A DNA stretch of 64,000 nt, from assembly GCA_965223705.1 (NCBI GenBank), contig OZ245015.1, forward strand, positions 1 to 64,000, in the 5' to 3' direction. This stretch comes from Myxococcota bacterium (lineage in GTDB: Bacteria > Myxococcota_A > UBA9160 > UBA6930). How positions within the stretch are numbered: the first letter of the stretch is position 1; each line of letters opens with the position of its first letter. This document shows, piece after piece, positions 7,339-16,970 of this stretch. Under the pieces are notes generated by a model. That model had not been told where the DNA came from and did not search any database. It worked only from the letters and a program-made list of their open reading frames with translations. The translations under genes were made by a program, and so were the position numbers.

Positions 7339-8446
7339 TGTCTCTCCCCTCGGACGCGCGCTTCTCGCGCAGCTGTCGCACCAGGCGCCGCTTCCAACCG
7401 TCGAGCGCCCCGAGCGCGACCGCCAGGAGCTTCGAGCGGCGCAAGAACAGATGGCAGTCGTACTCCCAGGTGAATCCCACGCCGCCGTGGATTTGGAGGT
7501 TTTCCTGTGCGCACCACTCGAAGGCGTCGGTTGCCGAAATCCGTGCCACACAGGCCGCCAACGGAATCTCGCGCGCGCCGCTCGCAAGTGCCGCGGCGGC
7601 GTAGAAATTGTTGGAGCGCGAAAGCTCGATGGCGACGAACATGTCCGCCAGCCGGTGCTTTGGCGCCTGGAAGGAAGCGATGGGCCGACCGAAGGCGTAG
7701 CGGCCCGTGGCGTAGGCCTGCGCCATCTCGAGGCAGCGCTGTGCGCCTCCCAGTTGTTCGAACGCGACGAGAATCGCCGCGCGCGCCCGGAGCGCTTCGA
7801 GCGAATCCGATCCGGCGGCCTCCAGCGGCTCCGCCTCGACACCGTCGAAGTCAATCACCGACTGGGAACGGGTCGGATCGAGGCTCGCCACCGAGCGCGC
7901 CTGTACGTTCAGTCCGCGCAGATCGACGAGGTAGAGGCCCGGCCCGCTGTCATCGCCCCGCGCGCTCACCACGGCGAGATCCGCTACGTCGCCGTCGGGA
8001 ACACCGACCGCCGTGCCGCGAAGGCGCCCCGAAGCGAAGCGCAGCGGCGCGTCCCGGGACGAGTCGGCAAAAAGCGCCGCCGTTCCGATGCGCTCTCCCG
8101 CGGCGAGCGACGGCAGGTGCTGCTGCCTCTGAGCTTCTGTTCCGAAGAGGAGCAACGCCTCAGTCGCCAGGTAGACCGACGACGAGAAGGGGATCGGCGC
8201 CAGCGAGCGCCCGAGTTCCTCCGCGAGGAGTACGAGCTCGAGATAGCCGAAGCCCGCACCGCCGTACACCTCCGGCACCGCCGTGCCGAGCCAACCCATC
8301 TCGGCGACTTCCGTCCAGAGCTTTCGGTGGTACGGCTCATCGGACTCGAGGACCGAGCGAACGACTTCCATCGACGACTGACGCTCCAGGAACTCGCGGG
8401 CGGTGGATTGGAGGAGCTTCTGCTCGTCGGAAAAATCGAAGTTCAA
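7322..8446 (-). CDS. Acyl-CoA dehydrogenase (partner subunit)
   Basis: MNFDFSDEQ..., R.AFGRPIASFQAPKH, QIHGGVGFTWE; typical partner in a heterotetrameric FadE pair. Confidence 0.92.
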   Translation of the reverse strand: MNFDFSDEQKLLQSTAREFLERQSSMEVVRSVLESDEPYHRKLWTEVAEMGWLGTAVPEVYGGAGFGYLELVLLAEELGRSLAPIPFSSSVYLATEALLLFGTEAQRQQHLPSLAAGERIGTAALFADSSRDAPLRFASGRLRGTAVGVPDGDVADLAVVSARGDDSGPGLYLVDLRGLNVQARSVASLDPTRSQSVIDFDGVEAEPLEAAGSDSLEALRARAAILVAFEQLGGAQRCLEMAQAYATGRYAFGRPIASFQAPKHRLADMFVAIELSRSNNFYAAAALASGAREIPLAACVARISATDAFEWCAQENLQIHGGVGFTWEYDCHLFLRRSKLLAVALGALDGWKRRLVRQLREKRASEGRDIGLQG

Positions 8447-8478
8447 CGCGGATCACTCGGGTTCGGTTCGGTGTGAGT

Positions 8479-9249
8479 CTAGCGCCCCGCCTGCCGTCTA
8501 CCGCGCGCTTCGATGGCCTCGCGGTCTGCGGCGAGCTCGCGCGGGTCGAACCGCGCGAACCAATCGCGATTGTGTTGCCGCTCGCGCGAAAGCGCCGCTT
8601 TGTTGCCCGACGCGTCGCCGACATCGGCGTAGACGCGCTTGATCTCGGCCAGGCTGTCGGGCCGCACGGAGGCGATGTCGCGCGCGAGTTCTGTCGCGAC
8701 AGACAGGAGCTCTGCGTGCGGCACGACGCGATTCACGAGCCCCCAGGTCAGCGCTGTCTGGGCATCGATAAAGTTCCCGCTGAAACTCATCTGCTTGGCG
8801 CGTCGCACGCCGACGGCCTGGGGCAGCAGCACGGTCATCCCCCAGCCCGGCATGACGTTCACCCGTGCGTGGGTATCGGCGAAGCGGGCACGCTCGCTCG
8901 CGATGAGGAAGTCACAACAGAGGGCGTATTCGAGGCCGCCCGTTACCGCAGCGCCGTTCACAGCGCCGATCAGGGGCTTGCCGAGATCGGCGAAGGGCAG
9001 TGCGGAGGAACCTTCGGGACCGCCCGACGGTGGGGACGCATCGCTGAGTTCGCGGAGATCGAGCCCGGCGCAGAATGCCGGATCCGCTCCCGTCAGCACC
9101 AGCGCGCGGACGTCGTCGCGTCGGTCGAGTTCGCGCAACGCCTCGGGCACCCGAGCTCGCAGCTCCCGGTTGAGCGCGTTGCGCGCCTCGGGCCGGTTCA
9201 TCGTGACCACACCAACGCCGTCGTCGACCTCCACCCGTACGACCGGCAT
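8479..9249 (-). CDS. Enoyl-CoA hydratase/isomerase
   Basis: NRPEARNAL, FCAGLDL, KPLIGAVNGAAVTGGLE. Confidence 0.92.
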   Translation of the reverse strand: MPVVRVEVDDGVGVVTMNRPEARNALNRELRARVPEALRELDRRDDVRALVLTGADPAFCAGLDLRELSDASPPSGGPEGSSALPFADLGKPLIGAVNGAAVTGGLEYALCCDFLIASERARFADTHARVNVMPGWGMTVLLPQAVGVRRAKQMSFSGNFIDAQTALTWGLVNRVVPHAELLSVATELARDIASVRPDSLAEIKRVYADVGDASGNKAALSRERQHNRDWFARFDPRELAADREAIEARGRRQAGR

Positions 9250-9251
9250 AG

Positions 9252-10091
9252 CTACGCGCCAAAGACCAGCGGGAACGCGCGATCGTCCGTGGCGAGATCA
9301 CCGGGTGCGAGCTCGACGTCTTCCTGGGTGACGATGGGATCGGTCCCCGGACGCGGATCCCAACGCGCGTCGTCCCCGAGCCAGCGGGTCGAGAGCGCCA
9401 GGCGCCTCATGGTCGGCGAGAAGTTCCCGTGAGAGGTGTGGATGATCGCTGTGTTGAAGATGAGGGCGTCGCCGGCATCCGTGGCGAACGAAAGAAACTC
9501 CTGGCCGTCGCGCTCCCGGTTGAAATCCGGCATCTCCTCCTGATCGCTGGTCCCGATCCACTGCTCGAGCTCTTCGCTCCCGCCCCCGGGCAAGACGGGC
9601 TTGAACCACTGGTTCCAATCGTGCGATCCGCGGACGAATTCGAGGCCGCTCGAGTCGATGTCCACGTCGGTCAGCGACAGCCATACCGAACAAATCTGCG
9701 AGCCCTGAAACGGCCAGTAAGGGAGATCCTGATGCCAGAAGAACTCTTCCTCGGTGTTGGGCTCCTTCACGAAAACGTGGTCGAAGTAGAGCCTTGCGGT
9801 TCGGGAGCCCATCGCCTGCGCAGCCAGCGCGGCGACGCCTGACTCGAAGGCGAACGCCCGAAAGTCCGCGTTGGTCGGCCAGAGATAGCGGTCATGGGCG
9901 AAGCGCCCGCGCTCGGAGCCGGGGTTGGTGTCCTGGCCCCACTGGCTCGGCTGAACGAGCTGCCGATCGATGGCGGCCGTCATCCGGTCGATCCAACCGG
10001 GATCTACACAATTCTTCACGAGAACAACGCCCTCGGTACGGTAGGACTCGCGTTCTTCGTTCGTCAGGTCGCGGTACGGCTGCGCCTGCAT
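9252..10091 (-). CDS. Phytanoyl-CoA dioxygenase (PhyH) family Fe(II)/2OG oxygenase
   Basis: WHQD (HxD) motif, distal H (IIHTS) and RLALSTRW. Confidence 0.88.
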   Translation of the reverse strand: MQAQPYRDLTNEERESYRTEGVVLVKNCVDPGWIDRMTAAIDRQLVQPSQWGQDTNPGSERGRFAHDRYLWPTNADFRAFAFESGVAALAAQAMGSRTARLYFDHVFVKEPNTEEEFFWHQDLPYWPFQGSQICSVWLSLTDVDIDSSGLEFVRGSHDWNQWFKPVLPGGGSEELEQWIGTSDQEEMPDFNRERDGQEFLSFATDAGDALIFNTAIIHTSHGNFSPTMRRLALSTRWLGDDARWDPRPGTDPIVTQEDVELAPGDLATDDRAFPLVFGA

Positions 10092-10273
10092 GAGACCTTC
10101 CCTCCCTCAACGGCCATCGTGCTCGGCAATTTACTGCAGCTTGCGGTCGGCGGTACCCTCGCCACTCGACGGTCGATCACCGTGCCGATGATCGCGCATG
10201 CCCGAGCGCGCTCTGTCGGTTCGCGGCTTGCGAGCGGCGCAGCGAGCGAGGGCGAGCTTCTGGAAGCCCCTCA

Positions 10274-11890
10274 CTACTGCTGAGTTCTGAAGCGCGATCG
10301 CTGCACGACCGCAATCGTGAGGAGCGGCGCCAATCCGCCGATGAGCGCCACCGCGATCAAAAGGACGCCCAACTCGCTGTAGTCGGCGGGTGTCTGCAGC
10401 GCGTCGGTACTTCGGTCCCTGACCTCTCGCGTCACCACGAAGATCTCGTTCAAGTATTTCGTTCCCAGGCTCGCCGCGGAGAGAGCCAGATTTGTGAAGG
10501 ACGCCATCACCGCGAAGAAAGTCGCCTTGAGCTTCGGGGGCGCGTGCCTGGCGATCCACGCGAGCATGGGAATCATCGAAATTTGCCCGAGCGGCGATTC
10601 GACGGCCGTGTCGAGAATCGCGATGAAATGCGCATCTACGATTCCGCCGGTCCGGGGCGCCGTCCACTCGTGAAGCCCGTAGTACAACCCGATGTTCGGC
10701 AGTGCGAGGAACGCGGCGGCGACGGTCAACAACGTCACGACGAAAGCGATGGACCGCGTCGCCATCAACGGACGCAAGACGACCATCCCGACCAACGCGA
10801 GGGACGACGTGATCAAGGTGAGTATCGAGATGAAATGCTGATCGAACCGCAGCACGTCGATCTCGAACCAGGCAAGACCGGGCCCCGGCAGCGGCACCGC
10901 TCGAAAGACGAAGATGATGAGTGCCGTCCCGACGAGAGCGTGTCGCTCGGCGGAGCCGAGTTCGCGAATCAGGCGCCGCATCAGGAACAGGATGATCGCG
11001 AGCGAACCCGCCAGGACGATCTCTTGCGCGTAGGGGACGCCCGCCAAACTGATCCCGAGTGTCAAAACAACGAACGCGAGGCTGCCTCCGAGAATCCATC
11101 CGTTGGGCTGCGCGCCTTCGTCGGAAGGTTCTAGCAACCGGGCAACTTCTTCTGCCGAGAGCCCCTGACTGCGCAACCGGCGTGCGCGATTCCGAAGCGA
11201 CAGGGATGCCAGGAGGACACCGGCGACCGAAATCACGGGAATGGCGAGCGCGCAGAGGTAGATCGTGGCGTAGGTTGCGACCTTCTCGACCTCGGACGCG
11301 CTCTCGATTCCGCTGAACATCCAAACATTGAGCGATGCGACGAGGAGGAGACCGCTCACGATCGCGAATCGGCCGAGGGTCTGCATCGTCGTGTGCTTCG
11401 CCTTGAGCTCCTCCTCGGAGTAAGGCACTCCCTGCGCGTCGACGGTGGGTACCGCTTCCACCGTCATCGCGTCTGCCACGACGTCTTGCAGGACGTAGCC
11501 ACACGGCGCCAGCAACGCACTCGTCACGTACCAGACCTCCGCGCTCGCGAAGCGAAGCATCCAGTCGGTGTGCGCGACGAGGCCGAACATGATGGCGATG
11601 GAGACCGCGATGAGGAGCGCACCGAGATAGACGAGGCCGGCCTTCCGGCGCCAGATCAAATCGACCAGATGCCCGAGAGGCATCTTCAGCACCCAGGGAA
11701 TTCCGGCCCAGAACCCGAGGCCGGCCAAGAAAGCCGCTGAGAGCCCTAAGTACTCTTTGATGAAAAAGGTGCCGACGACGCTGGTCAAGCCGGAGATTCC
11801 GGCCGAGAGATACACCAGCAAGGGCGGAAAATAGGACGCGTGGATCTGCCGTCCGAGGTCAACGACCGTGGCGTCGATCCAGCGAACCAT
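10274..11890 (-). CDS. Folate/biopterin transporter (BT1/FBT, MFS-like)
   Basis: PWVLKMPLGHLVD, QDVVADAMTVE, ATFFAVMASFTNL; multiple TM segments. Start may be 11920. Confidence 0.75.
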   Translation of the reverse strand: MVRWIDATVVDLGRQIHASYFPPLLVYLSAGISGLTSVVGTFFIKEYLGLSAAFLAGLGFWAGIPWVLKMPLGHLVDLIWRRKAGLVYLGALLIAVSIAIMFGLVAHTDWMLRFASAEVWYVTSALLAPCGYVLQDVVADAMTVEAVPTVDAQGVPYSEEELKAKHTTMQTLGRFAIVSGLLLVASLNVWMFSGIESASEVEKVATYATIYLCALAIPVISVAGVLLASLSLRNRARRLRSQGLSAEEVARLLEPSDEGAQPNGWILGGSLAFVVLTLGISLAGVPYAQEIVLAGSLAIILFLMRRLIRELGSAERHALVGTALIIFVFRAVPLPGPGLAWFEIDVLRFDQHFISILTLITSSLALVGMVVLRPLMATRSIAFVVTLLTVAAAFLALPNIGLYYGLHEWTAPRTGGIVDAHFIAILDTAVESPLGQISMIPMLAWIARHAPPKLKATFFAVMASFTNLALSAASLGTKYLNEIFVVTREVRDRSTDALQTPADYSELGVLLIAVALIGGLAPLLTIAVVQRSRFRTQQ

Positions 11891-11968
11891 GACGCCACTC
11901 CGTTTCGGCCGGTTCGGCACGCGACTTGCTCCTCCCTCAGCGGATTAAACCTCACGGAGTCTCTACCA

Positions 11969-12409
11969 ATGTTTGGAACTTTTCGCGTCAAGAGCCTGAT
12001 GACCCCGGATCCGTTCGTGCTTCACGCGGACGATGAGCTGGACATCGCGAAGGACGTCATGCAGCTCAATCGAATCCGCCATATTCCGGTTCTCGCGGAC
12101 CGCGGCGGTGCGCTCGTCGGCGTGATCAGTCAGAGAGACCTCTTTCGCGGCGCCCTCGAACAGCTCCTCGCTCGCGGCGGAGAGCCCGAACAGGGCGAAA
12201 GCCTGCGCGTGGGCGACGTCATGTCCGCGGACGTTGTACACGTCGGGCCCGACACGCCGATTACCGATGCCGCGAACTTGATGACCGAGCGCAAGCTCGG
12301 ATGCCTTCCCGTGGTGGAGGACGACGAGCTGGTCGGGATTCTCACGGAGGGCGATTTCGTGGCGCTGATGGGCTCCGAGGAGCAGAGGGCCAAGGTGCGC
12401 CGGGGCTAA
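11969..12409 (+). CDS. CBS-domain pair protein
   Basis: Two CBS repeats (IRHIPV...LVGVIS.RD; LGCLPVV...LVGILTEGD); GGAG RBS upstream of the ATG at 11969. Confidence 0.88.
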   Translation: MFGTFRVKSLMTPDPFVLHADDELDIAKDVMQLNRIRHIPVLADRGGALVGVISQRDLFRGALEQLLARGGEPEQGESLRVGDVMSADVVHVGPDTPITDAANLMTERKLGCLPVVEDDELVGILTEGDFVALMGSEEQRAKVRRG

Positions 12410-12453
12410 GGAACTCCGCCTGCCGAGGCAATGTGCCACAGAGCTGAGGCGCA

Positions 12454-14202
12454 TTGCCCCACCGACGGTCGTGGATTCAGGACGATTGCGGGAAGTCCGA
12501 TACGCGCTTCGTGGCCACGCACCAAGCCGAGCTCGCGAAACGAATCGTCGCGGAAGGGATCGCCTCCGCAGAGCAAGTCAAGAGCGCCGCGGTAGAGGCC
12601 AAGCGTCGCGGGGTTTCGCTCGGCGAAGTGCTCGCGTCCGAATCGGGAGCTGACGAGCGCCGCCTCTACTTGTTGATCGCGGAGCACTACGGCCTTTCGT
12701 TGACAAACCCCCAGGCGGTCGTGAGTGCGCTCGACCCACGCGTCACGCACTCGGTGCCCGACGCCTACCAAGATCGGAAGCGGGTCCTGCCGATCGCCCG
12801 CCGTGGCGGAAATCTCTTGGTGGCGAGCTGCGATCCCGAACCGCGCACGCTCGACCTCGTCGACGCACTCGACAGCGAAGGCGCAGCGCTTCTCCTGGTG
12901 ACTCCGACGGATTTTCGTCGACTCCGCTGGGCAACGACCCTCGAACAGATCGGTGGAAAGCAGCCCGCGGGCGTCGAACGGTCGGCCGTCGACCTCCTCG
13001 ATCAAGACATCCGGCTCGAATCGCGTCACGCCGGTCTACTCGACGCGTTGCTCGCCGACGCGGTCGGAGAACGCGCGAGCGACATCCACCTCGAGCGCTA
13101 CGACCGTCGCGTGCGGGTCCGCATGAGAATTGACGGCGATCTCCACGACATCGATCGCTACCGGTTGGCCGAGGCCGATGCTCTTGCGGTGATCAGCGTC
13201 GCGAAGATCCGTGCCGATCTCGATATCGCCGAGCGAAGACGCCCTCAAGGCGGGCGATTCTCGGCGAAAGTCGGAGGGCTCCATTTCGACCTACGGGTTC
13301 AGACCCTGCCTTCACCGTATGGGGAAGGCCTCGCGGTCCGACTCCTTCCCCAGAAGCGCGAGCTCTTCACACTCGAGGCTCTCGGTCTTTCGGCATCTCT
13401 AAAGCACCGCTACAAGCGCGTGCTGAACGCTCCCTCGGGTTTGGTGCTCGTCGCAGGACCGACGGGTTGCGGCAAGTCGACCACCCTGTACGCCGGACTA
13501 CAAATTCTCGCTGGTGATCGAAAACGGAAGGTCATTACCGTCGAGGATCCCATCGAGTATTCGATCGACGGGATTCACCAGACCCAGGTGCGCAACTCCA
13601 TCGGTTACACCTTCGCTTCCTCCGTTCGTTCGTTTGTCCGACACGACCCCGATGTCATCTTCGTCGGGGAGATTCGAGACTTCGAGTCGGCCCAAGAAGC
13701 GCTCCGCGCGTCCCAGACAGGGCACCTGGTCCTGTCGACGATCCACGCGAACGATTCCGTCGACGCGGTGCAACGCCTTTACGATCTCGGTGCACACCCA
13801 AACTCCATCGCCGCGGAGCTGCGGGCCGTGCTTTCCCAGCGTCTCGTCAAGCGCGTCTGCGCGAACTGCGCGGAAGTCGAGTCGCCTTCCCAAGAGATTC
13901 GAGAGGAGCTTTTTCCGAAAGGCGTTCCAAGCGACTTTCGCAGTGCCCGAGGTGCTGGCTGCGAGCGCTGCCGGGGTCGCGGCCACTATGGGCGCATCGC
14001 AGTCACGGAGTTTCTCAACTCCACGCGCGATCTGCGGGTCGCCATCGCCCACACGAAACCCTTGGACGAGCTCCGGGAAGTCGCCGCTGTCGCGGGCCAC
14101 GAACCGCTCCGCAATCACGCGCTCGAGCTGATCGCGCAGGGAACGATCTCCGCGAACGAGCTTCCGCGCGTCGTACCGATCGAGTTGCTGCGCCCTTCCT
14201 GA
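12454..14202 (+). CDS. GspE/PilB-family secretion/pilus assembly ATPase
   Basis: ASDIHLE, DIAERRRPQGG, Walker A GPTGCGKSTT, TVEDPIEY, RHDPDVIFVGEIRD, TGHLVLSTIHAN, CxxC...CxxC. Confidence 0.93.
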   Translation: MPHRRSWIQDDCGKSDTRFVATHQAELAKRIVAEGIASAEQVKSAAVEAKRRGVSLGEVLASESGADERRLYLLIAEHYGLSLTNPQAVVSALDPRVTHSVPDAYQDRKRVLPIARRGGNLLVASCDPEPRTLDLVDALDSEGAALLLVTPTDFRRLRWATTLEQIGGKQPAGVERSAVDLLDQDIRLESRHAGLLDALLADAVGERASDIHLERYDRRVRVRMRIDGDLHDIDRYRLAEADALAVISVAKIRADLDIAERRRPQGGRFSAKVGGLHFDLRVQTLPSPYGEGLAVRLLPQKRELFTLEALGLSASLKHRYKRVLNAPSGLVLVAGPTGCGKSTTLYAGLQILAGDRKRKVITVEDPIEYSIDGIHQTQVRNSIGYTFASSVRSFVRHDPDVIFVGEIRDFESAQEALRASQTGHLVLSTIHANDSVDAVQRLYDLGAHPNSIAAELRAVLSQRLVKRVCANCAEVESPSQEIREELFPKGVPSDFRSARGAGCERCRGRGHYGRIAVTEFLNSTRDLRVAIAHTKPLDELREVAAVAGHEPLRNHALELIAQGTISANELPRVVPIELLRPS

Positions 14203-14309
14203 GAACCGCGGAACGCTAGAAGCGCAGGTCGATCCCGAACCGCGGAACGCTAGAAGCGCAGGTCGATCCCGAACCGCGGAACGCTAGAAGCGCAGGTCGA
14301 TCCCGAACC
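14203..14309. repeat. 34-bp perfect tandem repeat x3 (+5 bp)
   Basis: Unit GAACCGCGGAACGCTAGAAGCGCAGGTCGATCCC at 14203, 14237 and 14271; it contains the last codons and stop of the TonB receptor gene. Confidence 0.95.
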
Positions 14310-16500
14310 ATACGCGGCGCGGTGCGCCCAGGGCGTGAAAACGCGCTTCGGTCACCTCGGGCTCAGCGAAGGCGTCGAAGTTGCGCGCCCCCCCGACCTC
14401 GTAGCGGGTGTCGAGGAGATTCTCCATGCGCGCCCAGACACGAACACCGTACGGAAACTCGTACGCCCCGTGGCAATGGACGGTGGCGAAGCCCGGCACG
14501 CGGCGTCTGCGGTTCTCGTCGTCGCCGCGTAGGAACTGACCCGACTGGTAGTAGGATTCGCAACCGAGCTCGAACCGTTGGATCGGGCGCCACAGGGCTC
14601 CGAGTTTCGCGGTGTGGCGCGAGAAACCCGGCAGGCGATCGCCGCTTCCGACGGGGATGCCACCGGCCTCTACCGGGCTCGACAGAACCGCACTGGAATC
14701 GTACTGCGCGTCCAAGAACTGGTAGCTCGCGAACCAGTCGACTTTCCGGACCCGACCTTCGAGCGCGAGCTCGACGCCGCGGCGCAGCGTACGACGGACG
14801 TTCCGGAAGAAGCCAGCGCCGCCGACCTCGCTCTGAACGAACAGCAAATCGTCGTCGAGAACCGTATGAAATCCAGAGACCGACCAGCGGAAGCCGTCGC
14901 TGTAGTGCCCGCGAGCGCCGGCTTCCCACGTCTTCGCCAACACCGGATCGAGCGGCGGGTCGGCGACAAACGCGTTGGGAAGATTGCAGGGATCATCGGG
15001 ATCCGCGCAGGTGAGCTCGGCGGGAGTCGGCACTCGCCAACCCTGCCGGTAGCTCGCAAAGAGCGAAACCCACGACCAGGGCCGGTAGATCAGACCCACA
15101 CCCGGCGTCAGCCGCGCAAAGGTGTGGCTGCCGCGAAGTGATTCGTCATCGGGCCCACCGCGGTTGCGCAAGCGCGTCTTCACGTGCTCAAAGCGAAGCG
15201 CACCCACCAGGCTCCACTCGGGCGAGATCTCGATGACGTCGCGCGCGAAGAGGCTCATGACGCGGAGCTCGGTCCGAACGTCGGTCTCCGTCGCGAAGGG
15301 CCCCGCGGAATTCACGCCGACATTCAGCCCATCGATCTCGAAAAAGCCCTCGGCCTCGGCCTGGTCGAAGTCCGTGGCGCCGATTTCGAACGAGAGACCC
15401 ATTCGAAGGGTGTGGTCGTAACCCAAAAGCGGGCCGCGAGACAGAACTTCCGCGCGACCTGCGTAAGTCCGCGAGTCTGTACCGGTGGTTCGATCTTCCG
15501 CTTCGGTCTCGAGTTCGCCCCCGAAATCGGTGCAGAGAGCCGGGGCTAGATCCGCCAGGGTCGCCCCGTCGCACTCGAGCTCCGCGTCGCCGTTCCGCGT
15601 GTCGCGCTGGAAATCGCGCACGAACGTCGTGAGTCTCAGTTCCGTCGCGTCGGTCAACCACGTGCGAGCTTGGAACGAGACGTGGAGGACCTCATTGATC
15701 GTTGTGTCGGGGAACGTGTACGCCGCCTTCCGATCCCGTCGAAACACCCGTTCGGGAGAGAAAGCGTTCCCTGTGAGATCGTTCTTCGCGTAGAGGCCCG
15801 AAAGGTCGAACTCGACCCAATCACCGCGATGGCTGAGCTTCGCGAAGCCCCGGCGCATGCGGCTCCCGCTGTTGTCGCGCCACTCGTCTTCATCGCGAAA
15901 ATCCGACTGCACGTACCAGCCGAGTGTCCCCTGGCTACCACCGTGTTCGAAGTCTATGCCCCGCGCGTGATCCGCCCCGCCTTCGGCGCCGATGCGGGTG
16001 CCCGGGGACGTGAAGCCGCTCTTCGTTTCGAGAAACAACGTGCCGCCGAGCGAGTTGCGGCCGAAGAGCGCCTCGGGCCCGGAAACGAGCTCCCCTCCTT
16101 CGAGCGCGGCGTCGGGGATGAGATCCCAATTGACCGTGTCGCCAAACACCTCGTTCACCCGGGTGCCGTCCAGGTAGACCGAAACGCCGACGGGGCTGCC
16201 GAGGATCGGAGATGCCGTGAAGCCTCGGAACGTCACGTCTCGCTGAAAGCGATTGCTCGTCGAAGGATTCGCTTGAACCCCGGGCAGCCGACGGACCAAC
16301 GCTTCGCTTACATCCGGGGCGCTCCGAGATTCGAGATCGTCCGGGCCGACGCGTTCGACGCTCGTAGCGGTGCGGCTTTCGGGCAGGCCGAGCGCGTCGG
16401 AATGTGGATCCTCGAGTGCATCGCCATCGGAAACGGCTGCGCTTTGGGTCGCAAACACGAGCAGGGCGGTGACAGCTGCGGCGGAAATCCCGCGGAGCAT
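14284..16500 (-). CDS. TonB-dependent outer membrane receptor
   Basis: Signal peptide from MLRGISAAA; plug motifs RGFTASPILG, YLDG, GPEALFGRNSLGG; ENLLDTRY; C-terminal Phe (GIDLRF). Confidence 0.92.
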   Translation of the reverse strand: MLRGISAAAVTALLVFATQSAAVSDGDALEDPHSDALGLPESRTATSVERVGPDDLESRSAPDVSEALVRRLPGVQANPSTSNRFQRDVTFRGFTASPILGSPVGVSVYLDGTRVNEVFGDTVNWDLIPDAALEGGELVSGPEALFGRNSLGGTLFLETKSGFTSPGTRIGAEGGADHARGIDFEHGGSQGTLGWYVQSDFRDEDEWRDNSGSRMRRGFAKLSHRGDWVEFDLSGLYAKNDLTGNAFSPERVFRRDRKAAYTFPDTTINEVLHVSFQARTWLTDATELRLTTFVRDFQRDTRNGDAELECDGATLADLAPALCTDFGGELETEAEDRTTGTDSRTYAGRAEVLSRGPLLGYDHTLRMGLSFEIGATDFDQAEAEGFFEIDGLNVGVNSAGPFATETDVRTELRVMSLFARDVIEISPEWSLVGALRFEHVKTRLRNRGGPDDESLRGSHTFARLTPGVGLIYRPWSWVSLFASYRQGWRVPTPAELTCADPDDPCNLPNAFVADPPLDPVLAKTWEAGARGHYSDGFRWSVSGFHTVLDDDLLFVQSEVGGAGFFRNVRRTLRRGVELALEGRVRKVDWFASYQFLDAQYDSSAVLSSPVEAGGIPVGSGDRLPGFSRHTAKLGALWRPIQRFELGCESYYQSGQFLRGDDENRRRRVPGFATVHCHGAYEFPYGVRVWARMENLLDTRYEVGGARNFDAFAEPEVTEARFHALGAPRRVWFGIDLRF

Positions 16501-16553
16501 CGCTTGGAAAACCTCAATTCGGTCCGGTGGGAGCGGGACCTGCGATCCTATCA

Positions 16554-16919
16554 CTAGGCGAGTGAGCGCGTCACGGCAGCGAGCAAGTCGCGATTCTCGA
16601 ACGGCTTGACGACGAATCCGGCGAGCGCGTACTGCTCGACCATCATCTCCGCCGTATGGCGCGAAAGTCGGCCCAGCCCAATCGTCGGGATCTTTCGCTC
16701 CGGGGTGACGACGCCGCGAAGCAGGTCGCGCCCCTCGAAGGGCGTGACGCCTACGTCGACCAACACAAGGTCGATAGGCCTCTCCTCGACGATGCGAAAC
16801 GCCTCCGCCGCACGGGCCGCTCCGCACGCCGCGTACCCCTCGGTTTCGAGGCAGGCAATCGTTTGTCTTCTGACGAGCTCGTCGGGATCGACGACGAGAA
16901 CAGCGGGCGCAGGGATCAT
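16554..16919 (-). CDS. Single-domain response regulator receiver
   Basis: VLVVD.D...IDLVLVD...KPF; start may be 16955. Confidence 0.8.
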   Translation of the reverse strand: MIPAPAVLVVDPDELVRRQTIACLETEGYAACGAARAAEAFRIVEERPIDLVLVDVGVTPFEGRDLLRGVVTPERKIPTIGLGRLSRHTAEMMVEQYALAGFVVKPFENRDLLAAVTRSLA

Positions 16920-16970
16920 GGGACGCTTCGACGACGAAGCGCCGGCCGCATTCACCGACGTTGAGAAAAA

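Noticed and set aside
14203..14309. Possible mini CRISPR array (34-bp repeats)
   Set aside because: The repeats are head-to-tail with no spacers, derive from a gene end, and no cas genes are present.
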